A DNA stretch of 63,978 nucleotides, the filler included, from a bacterium (GTDB taxonomy: Bacteria > UBA9089 > CG2-30-40-21 > SBAY01): NCBI GenBank assembly GCA_040757115.1. It is 7 parts of 7 records of this genome, joined end to end, with 100 filler letters (N's around TTAATTAATTAA, not from the genome) between each part and the next. Parts side by side here need not be neighbours in the genome. Positions count along the whole stretch, not along the records: positions 5,916 to 11,704 come from JBFLYA010000236.1; positions 11,805 to 17,586 come from JBFLYA010000237.1; positions 17,687 to 23,404 come from JBFLYA010000238.1; 4 more parts are not named here. One strand, written 5' to 3'. Position 1 is the first letter of the stretch; the number at the start of each line of letters is the position of its first letter. A program made the translations under genes and the position numbers. Below are positions 10,686 through 19,949 of the stretch, piece after piece. The notes under the pieces were generated by a model that saw nothing but the letters and a program-made list of their open reading frames with translations, was not told the origin of the DNA and did not search any database.

Positions 10686-11261
10686 ATGAAAACTATTGGA
10701 CTTCATATTTGCTGTGGAATATGTGGAGGTGGGGTTGTAGAAAGATTAAGAGAAGAAAGGTTTAAAGTAATCGGATTTTTTTATAACCCGAACATTTATC
10801 CAGAACAAGAGTATAAAAGGCGTCTTGAAGTCGCCCAACAAGTCTCCCAAATCCTTGATTTTGAATTGATAGAAGGCGAGTATGATAAGGATAATTGGGT
10901 TAAACTTACTGAAAACTTAAAGGATGAACCTGAAGGGGGAAAAAGATGTGAGGTATGTTTCTGGATAAGGCTAAATGCAACTTTTAAAAAATTTAGAGAA
11001 TTAAACATTCCATATTTCGCAACAACCTTAACTGTAAGTCCACATAAAAATAGTGTGCTGATAAATAAAATAGGACGGGATTTGGGTGGTGAAGCCTTTC
11101 TTGAGCGTGATTTCAAGAAAAAGGAAGGGAGTAAATTAGCGATGAATTTTGCTAAACAACATAATCTCTATCGCCAGAATTACTGTGGCTGTATGTATAG
11201 TATAAAGGAGGTAAGCGTTCAGCAGTCAGCCATCAGTTGTCAGCATGTAGCCATCTTTTAG
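10686..11261 (+). CDS. queH: Epoxyqueuosine reductase QueH (DUF208)
   Basis: LHICCGIC, FYNPNIYP, EGGKRCEVC, SPHKN, YRQNYCGC. Confidence 0.9.
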   Translation: MKTIGLHICCGICGGGVVERLREERFKVIGFFYNPNIYPEQEYKRRLEVAQQVSQILDFELIEGEYDKDNWVKLTENLKDEPEGGKRCEVCFWIRLNATFKKFRELNIPYFATTLTVSPHKNSVLINKIGRDLGGEAFLERDFKKKEGSKLAMNFAKQHNLYRQNYCGCMYSIKEVSVQQSAISCQHVAIF

Positions 11262-11282
11262 CTAAAAAAGCAAACTAATTAT

Positions 11283-11400
11283 CGGGGCTCGGGACTCGGG
11301 ACTCGGGGCTCGGGGCTCGGGACTCGGGGCTCGGGACTCGGGGCTCGGGACTCGGGAATAAAAGAATTCCTTAACCCTTAAATCCGAACCCCGAACCCCG
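11283..11400. repeat. Heptamer tandem repeat (CGGGRCT)n with inverted (CCCGAAC) partner
   Basis: About 10 heptamers; related block at 58246-58313. Confidence 0.85.
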
Positions 11401-11607
11401 ATTTTCAGGGGAAACGGACATGAGCCAGGGCTCACAAAGGGCAATGAAAATGGGAGAAGGACAACCCCCTAACCCCCTTTATTAAGGGGGAATATGTGTT
11501 CTAAACCAGAGGATACGAGTCTGTGGATACTATACTAATTCGCTAATCTCTAATTCACTAATTCGCTATTTTCAGGGGAAACGCTCATGAGTCTGCGACT
11601 CACAAAG
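11401..11607 (+). mobile_element. AGG(A/G)GAA-core mini-element units (family A)
   Basis: Near-identical inverted copy of about 42990..43196. Confidence 0.8.
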
Positions 11608-11704
11608 TCTTATGGTGAAATGTCAAGTAAAAAATTAAGTTTTTTTAAAAATATTTTTCTTGACTTATATCCCTAAAAAGGCACAAAAATAGTATGTTCG
11701 GATA
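11601..11704 (+). mobile_element. End of an unidentified multicopy element
   Basis: Identical to sequence starting at 58392; both copies run into a contig break. Confidence 0.65.
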
Positions 11705-11804
11705 NNNNNNNNNNNNNNNNNNNNNNNNNNNNNNNNNNNNNNNNNNNNTTAATTAATTAANNNNNNNNNNNNNNNNNNNNNNNNNNNNNNNNNNNNNNNN
11801 NNNN
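11705..11804. other. Artificial contig linker
   Basis: N-run with TTAATTAATTAA. Confidence 0.97.
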
Positions 11805-11930
11805 TAGTTTATGGTTTATAGTTTATAGTTTATGGTGTATAGTTTATAGTTTATGGTTTATAGTTTATGGTTTATAGTTTATAGTCTATAGTCCTTCAAC
11901 TATAAACTATCAACTATAAACTATCAACTA
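11805..11930. repeat. Heptamer hairpin (TRGTTTA)n/(TMAACTA)n
   Basis: Tandem 7-mers followed by their inverse; related block at about 17177-17281. Confidence 0.85.
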
Positions 11931-12041
11931 TCTACTACCTTTCAGCGTTAAAATACTTGAAGCAAAGATATTACCAAATTCCTCCAACTTTTTGAGAAAC
12001 CAAACTACTTCCTTTTTGAAATTTGATTTGTAATTTTGCAT
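11928..12041 (-). pseudogene. 37-codon internally deleted four-helix-bundle gene
   Basis: MQNYKSNFKKEVVWFLKKLEEFGNIFASSILTLKGSR*; first 10 codons equal the gene start at 63864. Confidence 0.65.
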
Positions 12042-12128
12042 TTTGATATTTATATTTGATATTTAATATTTGATATTTATTTGTTGTCTCCCCCAAATCC
12101 TATTTTGCAGAACCCTATTCTTGTTCCT

Positions 12129-12722
12129 TTATTTTTTTTCCTTCCTTGTTACCATAACTTCATCTATTATTCCGTATTCTTTTGCCTGTTCGGCAGACAT
12201 AAAGAAATCGCGGTCAGTATCTCTTTCTATTCTTTCTAAAGGTTGATGTGTATGTTTTTCTAATATTTTATTTAATATTTCCCGCATTCTAATAATCTCG
12301 CGAGCTTGAATATCAATATCCGTTGCCTGTCCTTGAACACCACCCAGTGGTTGATGAATCATAATTCTGGCATGAGGTAAAGCATAGCGTTTACCTTTTG
12401 TGCCTGCGGCTAAAAGTAAGGCGCCCATACTTGCCGCCTGTCCAATACATATCGTGGCAATATCTGATTTAATATACTGCATCGTATCATAAATTGCCAG
12501 TCCTGCAGTGACTACTCCTCCTGGATTATTAACATATAAGTTTATTTCCTTGTCAGGATTATCCGCTTCAAGGAAAAGAAGTTGGGCAATGATTAGATTA
12601 GCCACATCATCATCAATTAATGAGCCAATAAAAATTATTCGTTCTTTTAAAAGTCGCGAAAATATATCATACCCTCGCTCTCCTCGATTACTTTGTTCTA
12701 CCACCATTGGAACTAAAGCCAT
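12129..12722 (-). CDS. clpP: ATP-dependent Clp protease proteolytic subunit
   Basis: [31 protein letters not shown]. Confidence 0.98.
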   Translation of the reverse strand: MALVPMVVEQSNRGERGYDIFSRLLKERIIFIGSLIDDDVANLIIAQLLFLEADNPDKEINLYVNNPGGVVTAGLAIYDTMQYIKSDIATICIGQAASMGALLLAAGTKGKRYALPHARIMIHQPLGGVQGQATDIDIQAREIIRMREILNKILEKHTHQPLERIERDTDRDFFMSAEQAKEYGIIDEVMVTRKEKK

Positions 12723-12725
12723 TGT

Positions 12726-14027
12726 TTATTTCCTCCTTTTTTCCTCACATTTTTTAATATCGGCAATTTCGAGTAAAAAATTAAGTGTTTTTTGCATTCT
12801 CAATTCTTCCATCAGAATTGCCTTTTGTTGGTTATCTTCAAGATATTCTTTTATCTTTTGTGGTTGTGTTCTAAAATTATCTTTTACCAGGATTTCATAT
12901 TCTTCATTTTCTATTTTAATATTTTCCTTTTGTGCGATTGCATCTAAAATCAAATATTTCTTTACCCGCTCCATCGCCTGGGGCCTGAATTCATCCCGAC
13001 AATCCTCAATAGTCATATTTTTCTTTTTAAGATAATCATTAAGTTCAAATCCTTGTGATTGTAAATTATTATGGAGGTTAACCACCAGATAATCAATTTC
13101 TCTTTCTACTAATACCTTAGGTAGAGGGAAAGAGTGTTGTGAAATTAAAAGTGTTGTAAGTTCGTCTTTTAATTTTTCTGTTGACTCAAGTTCTGCGGCT
13201 TCAATAAGGTCTTTTTTAAATGCCTCTTTTAATTCTTTAATCGTATCAAATTGACCCAAATCTTTAGCAAATTCATCATCTAAAACTGGTAATTTTCTTT
13301 CTTTGACTTCATTAATTTTTACCTTAAATGTTACCTTTTGTCCCGCCATATTAGGGTCAGAGTATTCTTTTGATAACTTAATTTTAAAGGTTTTTTCCTT
13401 ACCTTTTTTGAGACCAAATAATTGTTGTTCAAACTCTTGAGGGAAGATTTTTTTACCCACCTCTAATAAAAAATCTTTGTGACTTCCATCAGGCAGTGGT
13501 TTGTTATCCTTGAAACTCTCAAAATCAAAAATAACAATGCTCTTTTTCCCAATAGGTTTTTCCACTACCTCTATTGGTGCATATTTTTCCTGGAGTCTGT
13601 GGAGTCCATCATCCACATCTTTATCCGTAATATTGGTCACCTTTTTGGTAAGTGGAATTCCATGGTAAGTTGTAAGTTCAATTTCAGGTAATACTTCTAC
13701 TTTCGCTACAAAAGAAAACGGTTCATCTTTCTTGATATAATTGACCTCTTCTATCTTTGCCTGGGAAATTATCCGGATATTTTTTTCTTTTATTGCTTGT
13801 AGATAGCGATTAGAAATAAGGTTTCCTATAACTTCTTTTTCTACCGCTGGGCCGTATCGTGTTTCTAAAACCTGACGAGGCACTTTACCTTTTCTAAAAC
13901 CTTGAAGTTTAGCCGTTTGAGTTAATTTCTGATATTTTTTATCAAATTCTTGCTCAAGTTCTTCCTTAGAAACTGTAATTTTTAATGTTAATTCACATTC
14001 ATTGTGGTCAATTGTTTCTAGTTCCAT
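12726..14027 (-). CDS. tig: Trigger factor
   Basis: GFRKGKVP ribosome-binding motif, LDDEFAK, directly upstream of clpP. Confidence 0.95.
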   Translation of the reverse strand: MELETIDHNECELTLKITVSKEELEQEFDKKYQKLTQTAKLQGFRKGKVPRQVLETRYGPAVEKEVIGNLISNRYLQAIKEKNIRIISQAKIEEVNYIKKDEPFSFVAKVEVLPEIELTTYHGIPLTKKVTNITDKDVDDGLHRLQEKYAPIEVVEKPIGKKSIVIFDFESFKDNKPLPDGSHKDFLLEVGKKIFPQEFEQQLFGLKKGKEKTFKIKLSKEYSDPNMAGQKVTFKVKINEVKERKLPVLDDEFAKDLGQFDTIKELKEAFKKDLIEAAELESTEKLKDELTTLLISQHSFPLPKVLVEREIDYLVVNLHNNLQSQGFELNDYLKKKNMTIEDCRDEFRPQAMERVKKYLILDAIAQKENIKIENEEYEILVKDNFRTQPQKIKEYLEDNQQKAILMEELRMQKTLNFLLEIADIKKCEEKRRK

Positions 14028-14771
14028 TTATCCTATCATCCCTAATTCATATAATATGATACTTTCTGTAACAATACTTGCGGATTCACATCTCAGAATA
14101 TTTGCCCCAAGTGATACAGGAATAATTCCTTTAATTTGGACTGCGGTTATTTCCTCCTCAGTAAATCCTCCTTCTGGACCAACAAAAACAGCAATCTTTT
14201 TTAGTAAGGTAACATCCCTATTGAGAAAAACTTCTCGTAAGGGTGTTTTTGCATTCTCATATAAAATTAACCCTAAATCAACTTCTTTTATTAACTCTAA
14301 TGAGGTTTTGAGATTAGTTACAGGATAAATTATAGGGATTATACATCGTTGACATTGAGATGAGGAGGCTTTAGCTATTTTTTGCCACCGTGTGAGTTTT
14401 GTCGATTCGTTTTTTAAATTTATCAATGACCTTTGTGTTTTAACTGGAATTATTCTTGTTACACCCAATTCAGTGGATTTACTTATTATCAAATCCATCC
14501 TGGCTATTCTGGGTAGTGCCTGAAGTAATGTTAATTCTACTTTTTGCGGTGGATGGATAATTTTTTCAACAATGTTAGTTTTAACTTTATCCGCGGCAAT
14601 CGAAGTAATCGTTGCGTGATATTCATTTCCCAAACCATCTAACGCAATAATCTTATCTTTTTCTTTTAGCCGAAGGACATTTTTGAGATGATGAATATCA
14701 TCTTTATCCACAATATCAACATTATTTTTAACTATACTTTCAGGATTGACAAAAAACCTGCGATGCATCAT
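14028..14771 (-). CDS. rsmE: 16S rRNA m3U1498 methyltransferase RsmE
   Basis: HHLKNVLR, KSTELGV, VGPEGGF, SLGANILRCES. Confidence 0.95.
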   Translation of the reverse strand: MMHRRFFVNPESIVKNNVDIVDKDDIHHLKNVLRLKEKDKIIALDGLGNEYHATITSIAADKVKTNIVEKIIHPPQKVELTLLQALPRIARMDLIISKSTELGVTRIIPVKTQRSLINLKNESTKLTRWQKIAKASSSQCQRCIIPIIYPVTNLKTSLELIKEVDLGLILYENAKTPLREVFLNRDVTLLKKIAVFVGPEGGFTEEEITAVQIKGIIPVSLGANILRCESASIVTESIILYELGMIG

Positions 14772-15121
14772 TCTACTAATTCAATTAAAGACATCTCTGC
14801 TCCATCACCGATTCTTTTGCCAACTTTCAGTATTCTCGTGTATCCTCCATTTCGATTCTGGAATCTTGGTCCAATAACTTCAAATAATTTTTTCCCTACA
14901 TCTTTACTTTTAACATAAGTCAGTACTTGTCTTCTTGAATGTAGGTCGCCGATTTTTGTCAGAGAGATTAATTTATCTGCTAACCCGGTTAATTCCTTTG
15001 TTTTGGCTGAAGTTGTTGCAATCTTCCCATGTCGAAATAATTCGGTGACAAGATTATTTAACAGAGCCTTTTTATGGCTTATGGTGCGATTAAGTTTTCT
15101 ACCTTTTTTTAAATGACGCAA
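14768..15121 (-). CDS. rplQ: 50S ribosomal protein L17
   Basis: MRHLKKGRKLNR, RNGGYTRI; TTG start. Confidence 0.97.
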   Translation of the reverse strand: MRHLKKGRKLNRTISHKKALLNNLVTELFRHGKIATTSAKTKELTGLADKLISLTKIGDLHSRRQVLTYVKSKDVGKKLFEVIGPRFQNRNGGYTRILKVGKRIGDGAEMSLIELVE

Positions 15122-15162
15122 TTGTATTTCACACTCCTTATCTTTGGTAGGCTAAATAGTTA

Positions 15163-16161
15163 CTATTTCTTATTATTTTCTAATAAATGGTCTATATCTT
15201 TCATTCCTAATGAAACTCCATAAGTGGCTAATTTATTTTTTATTTCTGTGAGTGATTTTTTACCGAAATTTCGAGTTTTTAACATATCATTTTCGGTTTT
15301 TTTAACCAATTCACCTAATATTTTAATATTAGCGGCTTTAAGGCAATTAGACGACCTGACTGATAATTCTAATTCTTCGATGTTCATTTTTAAAATATTC
15401 TTTAATCTTTCAGTTTCTTTATCCACTATTGGTTCTTCAGATTTGTCTTCTTCCTCCTTAATATCAATAAAAGCCGCGATTTGGTCTTTGATAAGTCTGG
15501 CGGCCTGGGCTACGGCTTGATGAGGTTGTAGAACTCCATTTGTCCACACTTCTAATATCAACCGTTCATAATCGGTCATTTGTCCTACGCGGACACCTTC
15601 TACTGAATAGGCAACGCGAACTACTGGAGAAAAAAAGGAATCTATGCATATAACTCCGATTGATTCCTGTCCTGTTTTATTCTGTTCAGCTGATACATAA
15701 CCGTATCCTTTCGCTATTTCTAATTCCATATTTAATTTTCCATCAGTATCCATTGTGGCAATATGGAGATTTTTGTTAAGTATTTCTACTTGTGGTGGAC
15801 ATTGAAAATCCTCTCCCGTTACTTCTCCTTCTCCTTCTTTGTTTAAGTAAATTTTTACTGCTTCAGAATCATGTAATTTTAAAATCAATTTTTTCAGATT
15901 TAAAATTATCTCCGGAACATCTTCAACTACCCCTGGAATAGTAGAGAATTCATGAAGAACACCCTCTATTTTTACCGAGGTAATCGCCGCACCTTCTATT
16001 GCGGTTAATAACATTCTTCGCAGGCTATTGCCAATAGTTGTTCCTCTACCTGGTTCAAATGGTTCTGCAATTAATTTACCGTAGCTATCAGTTAAAGTTT
16101 CTTTTTCCCATTCTATTTTTTTAATCCTTTTTAAGGCACTTATTCCGCCCTTACTACCCAT
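15163..16161 (-). CDS. rpoA: RNA polymerase alpha subunit
   Basis: [39 protein letters not shown]. Confidence 0.98.
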   Translation of the reverse strand: MGSKGGISALKRIKKIEWEKETLTDSYGKLIAEPFEPGRGTTIGNSLRRMLLTAIEGAAITSVKIEGVLHEFSTIPGVVEDVPEIILNLKKLILKLHDSEAVKIYLNKEGEGEVTGEDFQCPPQVEILNKNLHIATMDTDGKLNMELEIAKGYGYVSAEQNKTGQESIGVICIDSFFSPVVRVAYSVEGVRVGQMTDYERLILEVWTNGVLQPHQAVAQAARLIKDQIAAFIDIKEEEDKSEEPIVDKETERLKNILKMNIEELELSVRSSNCLKAANIKILGELVKKTENDMLKTRNFGKKSLTEIKNKLATYGVSLGMKDIDHLLENNKK

Positions 16162-16186
16162 AATTTTTTCATAACCTCCTTAATTT

Positions 16187-16247
16187 TGGTAATTGGTAAC
16201 TGGTAACTGGTAATTGGTAACTGGTGAATGGTAATTAGTTACCAATT
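16187..16247. repeat. (TGGTAAY)n heptamer hairpin between rpsD and rpoA
   Basis: Tandem 7-mers then AGTTACCAATT; related blocks at about 7081-7115 and 63745-63805. Confidence 0.8.
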
Positions 16248-16276
16248 ATCTGCTTTTAATTTTATGAAACCATATT

Positions 16277-16900
16277 CTATTTTGAATATAACGCCACGAT
16301 TAACGATTCATTAACTGGCTGGTCAATATCCTGTCTATTTGGCAATGAAACTACATTGGCTAATAATTTATCTTCATCCATTGCTAACCAACTCGGTATC
16401 CCTTTAGGTGAGGCGATTGTCTTTAATATTTCTTTAATTCTATCCTGGCTTTTGGGTTTTACGGTAATGGTATCATTTGCCTTGACTAAAAATGAAGGAA
16501 TATTAACCTTTCTGCCATTAACGATTATGTGGCTATGTCTAACTAATTGTCGTGCCTGTGCCCTTGATTCTGCCCACCCTAAGCGATAGACAATATTATC
16601 TAATCGTCGCTCTAACAAGATTAACAAATTTTCGCCAGTAATGCCTTTTTGAGTAACAGCTTTGGTGTAATAATTTCTAAATTGTTGTTCAAGGATTCCA
16701 TAGATATGGCGAACCTTTTGTTTCTCTCGCAATTGAAGGGCATAATCGGATACTTTTTTCCGTTCCTGACCTTTTAATCCTGGTGCATAGTTGCGTTTGT
16801 TAAGTGAACATTTTTCTGAGATACAACGCGTTCCTTTTAAAAAAAGTTTCTCTCCACTTCGTCGGCAAACCTTACATTTTGATTCAGTATATCGTGCCAT
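16277..16900 (-). CDS. rpsD: 30S ribosomal protein S4 (Zn-ribbon form)
   Basis: MARY..CKVCRR..KLFLKG.RC..KC, LREKQK, LERRLDN. Confidence 0.98.
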   Translation of the reverse strand: MARYTESKCKVCRRSGEKLFLKGTRCISEKCSLNKRNYAPGLKGQERKKVSDYALQLREKQKVRHIYGILEQQFRNYYTKAVTQKGITGENLLILLERRLDNIVYRLGWAESRAQARQLVRHSHIIVNGRKVNIPSFLVKANDTITVKPKSQDRIKEILKTIASPKGIPSWLAMDEDKLLANVVSLPNRQDIDQPVNESLIVALYSK

Positions 16901-16941
16901 TTACTTAATCATCCTCCTGATTTTTATGAGATAATTATATT

Positions 16942-16970
16942 ATATTATCACATATTTATAAATTTGTCAA
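16942..16970 (-). promoter_or_regulatory. Promoter upstream of rpsD, TTGACA-N17-TAATAT with TG extension
   Basis: Read on the minus strand. Confidence 0.55.
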
Positions 16971-17018
16971 CATTTTTTGAATAAAATTTTTCAACCTGTG
17001 CAGTTAGGTTTAAAATTA

Positions 17019-17081
17019 GTAACTATTCACCACGAAGAGCACGAAGGACACGAAGATGTTACAGAACAGATCTCTTTATGC
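17019..17081 (-). mobile_element. Right end of the GxxExxY-carrying GTAA-ended element
   Basis: Reverse complement of about 63387..63449. Confidence 0.75.
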
Positions 17082-17301
17082 TTTTTTGGTGGTGTCTGAA
17101 AATAACTCTAATAGTGAAATCTATGCAGATTTGGTGTCCAAAAGGGATTTCCTCCAAAGAGCAAAATGCAAAACTCGTTTATAGTTTAGAGTTTATAGTT
17201 TATAGTGTATAGTGTATAGTGTATAGTCCTTCAACTATCAACTATCAACTATCAACTATAAACTATCAACTATAAACTATCTTTGCCAAAGTTCAGTAAA
17301 A

Positions 17302-17415
17302 TTATCTCTTTCCTTTCAGCGTTAAAATACCTGAAGCAAAAATATTACCAAATTCCTCCAACTCTTTGAGAAACCCTGCTACTTCCTCTTTGAAATTTGA
17401 TTTGTAATTTTGCAT
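17302..17415 (-). pseudogene. Second 37-codon internally deleted four-helix-bundle gene
   Basis: MQNYKSNFKEEVAGFLKELEEFGNIFASGILTLKGKR*. Confidence 0.65.
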
Positions 17416-17586
17416 TTTGATATTTATATTTGATATTTATATTTGATATTTGATATTTGATATTTAACCTGCAATCGGCAAGTGAGCTAACCAGAATAGC
17501 GTTAACCCCTTGATATATCAGTAGTTAATCTGTTAAAAAATCTGTAGATTTTTTAACAAAAATGATTGACATTGGCCTCCTTCTAT

Positions 17587-17686
17587 NNNNNNNNNNNNNN
17601 NNNNNNNNNNNNNNNNNNNNNNNNNNNNNNTTAATTAATTAANNNNNNNNNNNNNNNNNNNNNNNNNNNNNNNNNNNNNNNNNNNN
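17587..17686. other. Artificial contig linker
   Basis: N-run with TTAATTAATTAA. Confidence 0.97.
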
Positions 17687-17810
17687 TTTTCCACAATCAA
17701 TTTCTACCTATTTCTATAAATTTCAATCTATTTCTATTATCTTATCTCCATATCACTCTTATCTCCTTATCCCCTTTCTTACACTTTTGATATATAGCCT
17801 GAACGGTTAC
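17687..17810. mobile_element. Half of the 225-bp GTAA-ended MITE
   Basis: Inverted copy of 23281..23404; ends CCTGAACGGTTAC. Confidence 0.8.
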
Positions 17811-17850
17811 GCCACAAATGGACACGAATTAACCTGTGACATTCGATAAA

Positions 17851-17915
17851 TGTAGTGCGAACCTTTAGGTTCGCTTTCCTGCTTGCCAGAAGCGAGGCTA
17901 AAGTCTCGCACTACA
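17851..17915. repeat. GTAG-type REP-like palindrome
   Basis: TGTAGTGCGA...TCGCACTACA arms. Confidence 0.6.
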
Positions 17916-17923
17916 AATCTTTT

Positions 17924-18093
17924 CGACCTGTGCGATTAGACTAATTCATCGCAGAGACGCAAAGGAAAAATAAATGTAAAATGTAAAATAGGAAATGAAA
18001 AATGGGAAATTTTAGTACTTCGCAAGACTCATTACCTTTCAGTTATACATTTTCATTGGACATTATCCATTTTACATTTAACCGCACAGGTGG
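17924..18093. mobile_element. MITE with C(G/C)ACCTGTGCG(A/G)TTA terminal repeats
   Basis: Inverted ends; flanks AAATCTTTT/AAATATTTT match 8 of 9; a further end lies at about 56476-56500. Confidence 0.6.
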
Positions 18094-18114
18094 AAATATT
18101 TTGGAGGTTATCAG

Positions 18115-19854
18115 ATGTTAACACGAATTAAGGTGAGGAATTTTAAGAAGCTTGGTGATATTGATATTGAGCTTGGGAATACTGTTGTCTTAATAGGACC
18201 AAACAACAGTGGCAAAACTTCTGCTTTGCAAGCAGTTGCATTGTGGGATATGGGAATAAAACAATGGAATGCAAAAAGAAAGGGAAAGTCATCCCCTGAA
18301 AAAAGACCTGGAGTAACTATCAACAGGCTCGAAATGATATCTATCCCAGTTCCAAGCATTAATCTATTATGGTCAGATTTGCATACAAGGGATGTAAAAC
18401 AAGTAATAGGAAAGACCTCTGTAAAAAATGTAAGAATAGATGTTATTGTTGAAGGGATTTCAAATGACAAACCCTGGTCGTGTGGGATGGAATTTGATTA
18501 TATCAATGAAGAATCACTTGTTTGTAGACCTGTTCGCAAAGCTGGATTTGAAGATAAATTGGTTAAAGATGCAAGGTTCACTGAAATCCCAGACGAAATA
18601 AGTGATGTTAAAATTGCATTTCTTCAACCTATGTCAGGATTGGCGGCAGTAGAGGCAAAATTAGAATCAGGGAGAATCAATGTGCTTATGGGTGAAGGCC
18701 AGACTGCACAGGTGTTAAGGAATTTATGTTACCAGGTATATGAGAAATCAATATCAGACTGGAACAAACTTACTGCTCAAATAAAGATACTTTTTGGTAT
18801 AGACCTTTTACCTCCTCAATATATAAAAGAACGAGGAGAAATAAAGATGTCTTATAAAGAACGCAAAGGAACGAAATTTGATATATCCTCTTCTGGAAGG
18901 GGACTTCAACAAACACTGCTTTTGCTTGCTCATCTATATGCAAATCCAAAAACAATATTGCTCCTTGATGAACCTGATGCACATCTTGAAATTCTAAGAC
19001 AGAGGGAAACATATCAGTTGATTACAGAAATAGCTGAAAAAAAAGGGTGTCAGATTATTGCTGCCAGTCATTCAGAGGTCGTGCTTAATGAAGCTGCTAA
19101 TCGTGATGTTGTTATAACTTTTGTAGGTAAACCTCATAGAATTAACGATAGGGGGAGTCAAGTTTTAAAATCGCTTAAGGAGATTGGATATGAACATTAC
19201 TATTTAGCAGAAGAAACAGGATGGGTATTATACCTTGAAGGTGCAACCGACCTGGCAATTTTACGGAAGTTTGCAGAGATTTTAGGGCATAAAGAGGCAA
19301 AAGAGATTCTTGCAACCCCTTTTGTTCATTATGTTGGAAACAAACCAAATGAGGTAAAAAGGCATTTTTGGGGATTAAAATATGCAAAAAAAGACCTAAC
19401 CGCAATTGCAATCTTTGATCGTCTGGAAAAGAATTTGCCTAATGATATGGGCGTTAAAGTGCTCCAATGGAGAAAAAGAGAGATAGAGAATTACTTGTGT
19501 ATGGAAAAGGTACTTCTATCATATGCAAAATATGATCTACCCGATGATCTTTTTGGAAACGCTGAGGCTCATCGAAGAGTTAGTGCTATGAAAGAGGCTA
19601 TTTTAGAATTAACCTCTGCATTAAAAACCCTAAATAAGCCAGCGCCATGGTCGCCGGATATAAAAGCAACAGATGATTTTCTTGATCTTTTATTTGATAA
19701 CTATTTTAAAAAGTTAGGATTACCAAATCTTTTAAAAAAGTCAGATTATCATATTCTTGTTCAGTTTGTGCCAAAAAATGAGATAGATTCAGAAATCACA
19801 GAAAAACTTGATGCTATTGTTGAGATTGCTAAAAGAGCAATACCAATGGTTTAA
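18115..19854 (+). CDS. OLD-like ABC ATPase with C-terminal TOPRIM-like region
   Basis: GPNNSGKT Walker A, SSGRG, LLLDEPDAHL, ASHS; LYLEGATD..IFDR..REIENY. Confidence 0.75.
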   Translation: MLTRIKVRNFKKLGDIDIELGNTVVLIGPNNSGKTSALQAVALWDMGIKQWNAKRKGKSSPEKRPGVTINRLEMISIPVPSINLLWSDLHTRDVKQVIGKTSVKNVRIDVIVEGISNDKPWSCGMEFDYINEESLVCRPVRKAGFEDKLVKDARFTEIPDEISDVKIAFLQPMSGLAAVEAKLESGRINVLMGEGQTAQVLRNLCYQVYEKSISDWNKLTAQIKILFGIDLLPPQYIKERGEIKMSYKERKGTKFDISSSGRGLQQTLLLLAHLYANPKTILLLDEPDAHLEILRQRETYQLITEIAEKKGCQIIAASHSEVVLNEAANRDVVITFVGKPHRINDRGSQVLKSLKEIGYEHYYLAEETGWVLYLEGATDLAILRKFAEILGHKEAKEILATPFVHYVGNKPNEVKRHFWGLKYAKKDLTAIAIFDRLEKNLPNDMGVKVLQWRKREIENYLCMEKVLLSYAKYDLPDDLFGNAEAHRRVSAMKEAILELTSALKTLNKPAPWSPDIKATDDFLDLLFDNYFKKLGLPNLLKKSDYHILVQFVPKNEIDSEITEKLDAIVEIAKRAIPMV

Positions 19855-19949
19855 TTTTATGCAAAAAACAATACTCCCTATGAAGAGCCAAAATGGTTAG
19901 CCTGGGATTACCGGCATTACAAAACGGCTTCTTGAGCAGAGGTTTTATA

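Noticed and set aside
16992-17010. CAACCTGT motifs here and at 50893 as extra lux boxes
   Set aside because: They lack the 20-bp dyad and match the ACCTGTGCG-type MITE end instead.
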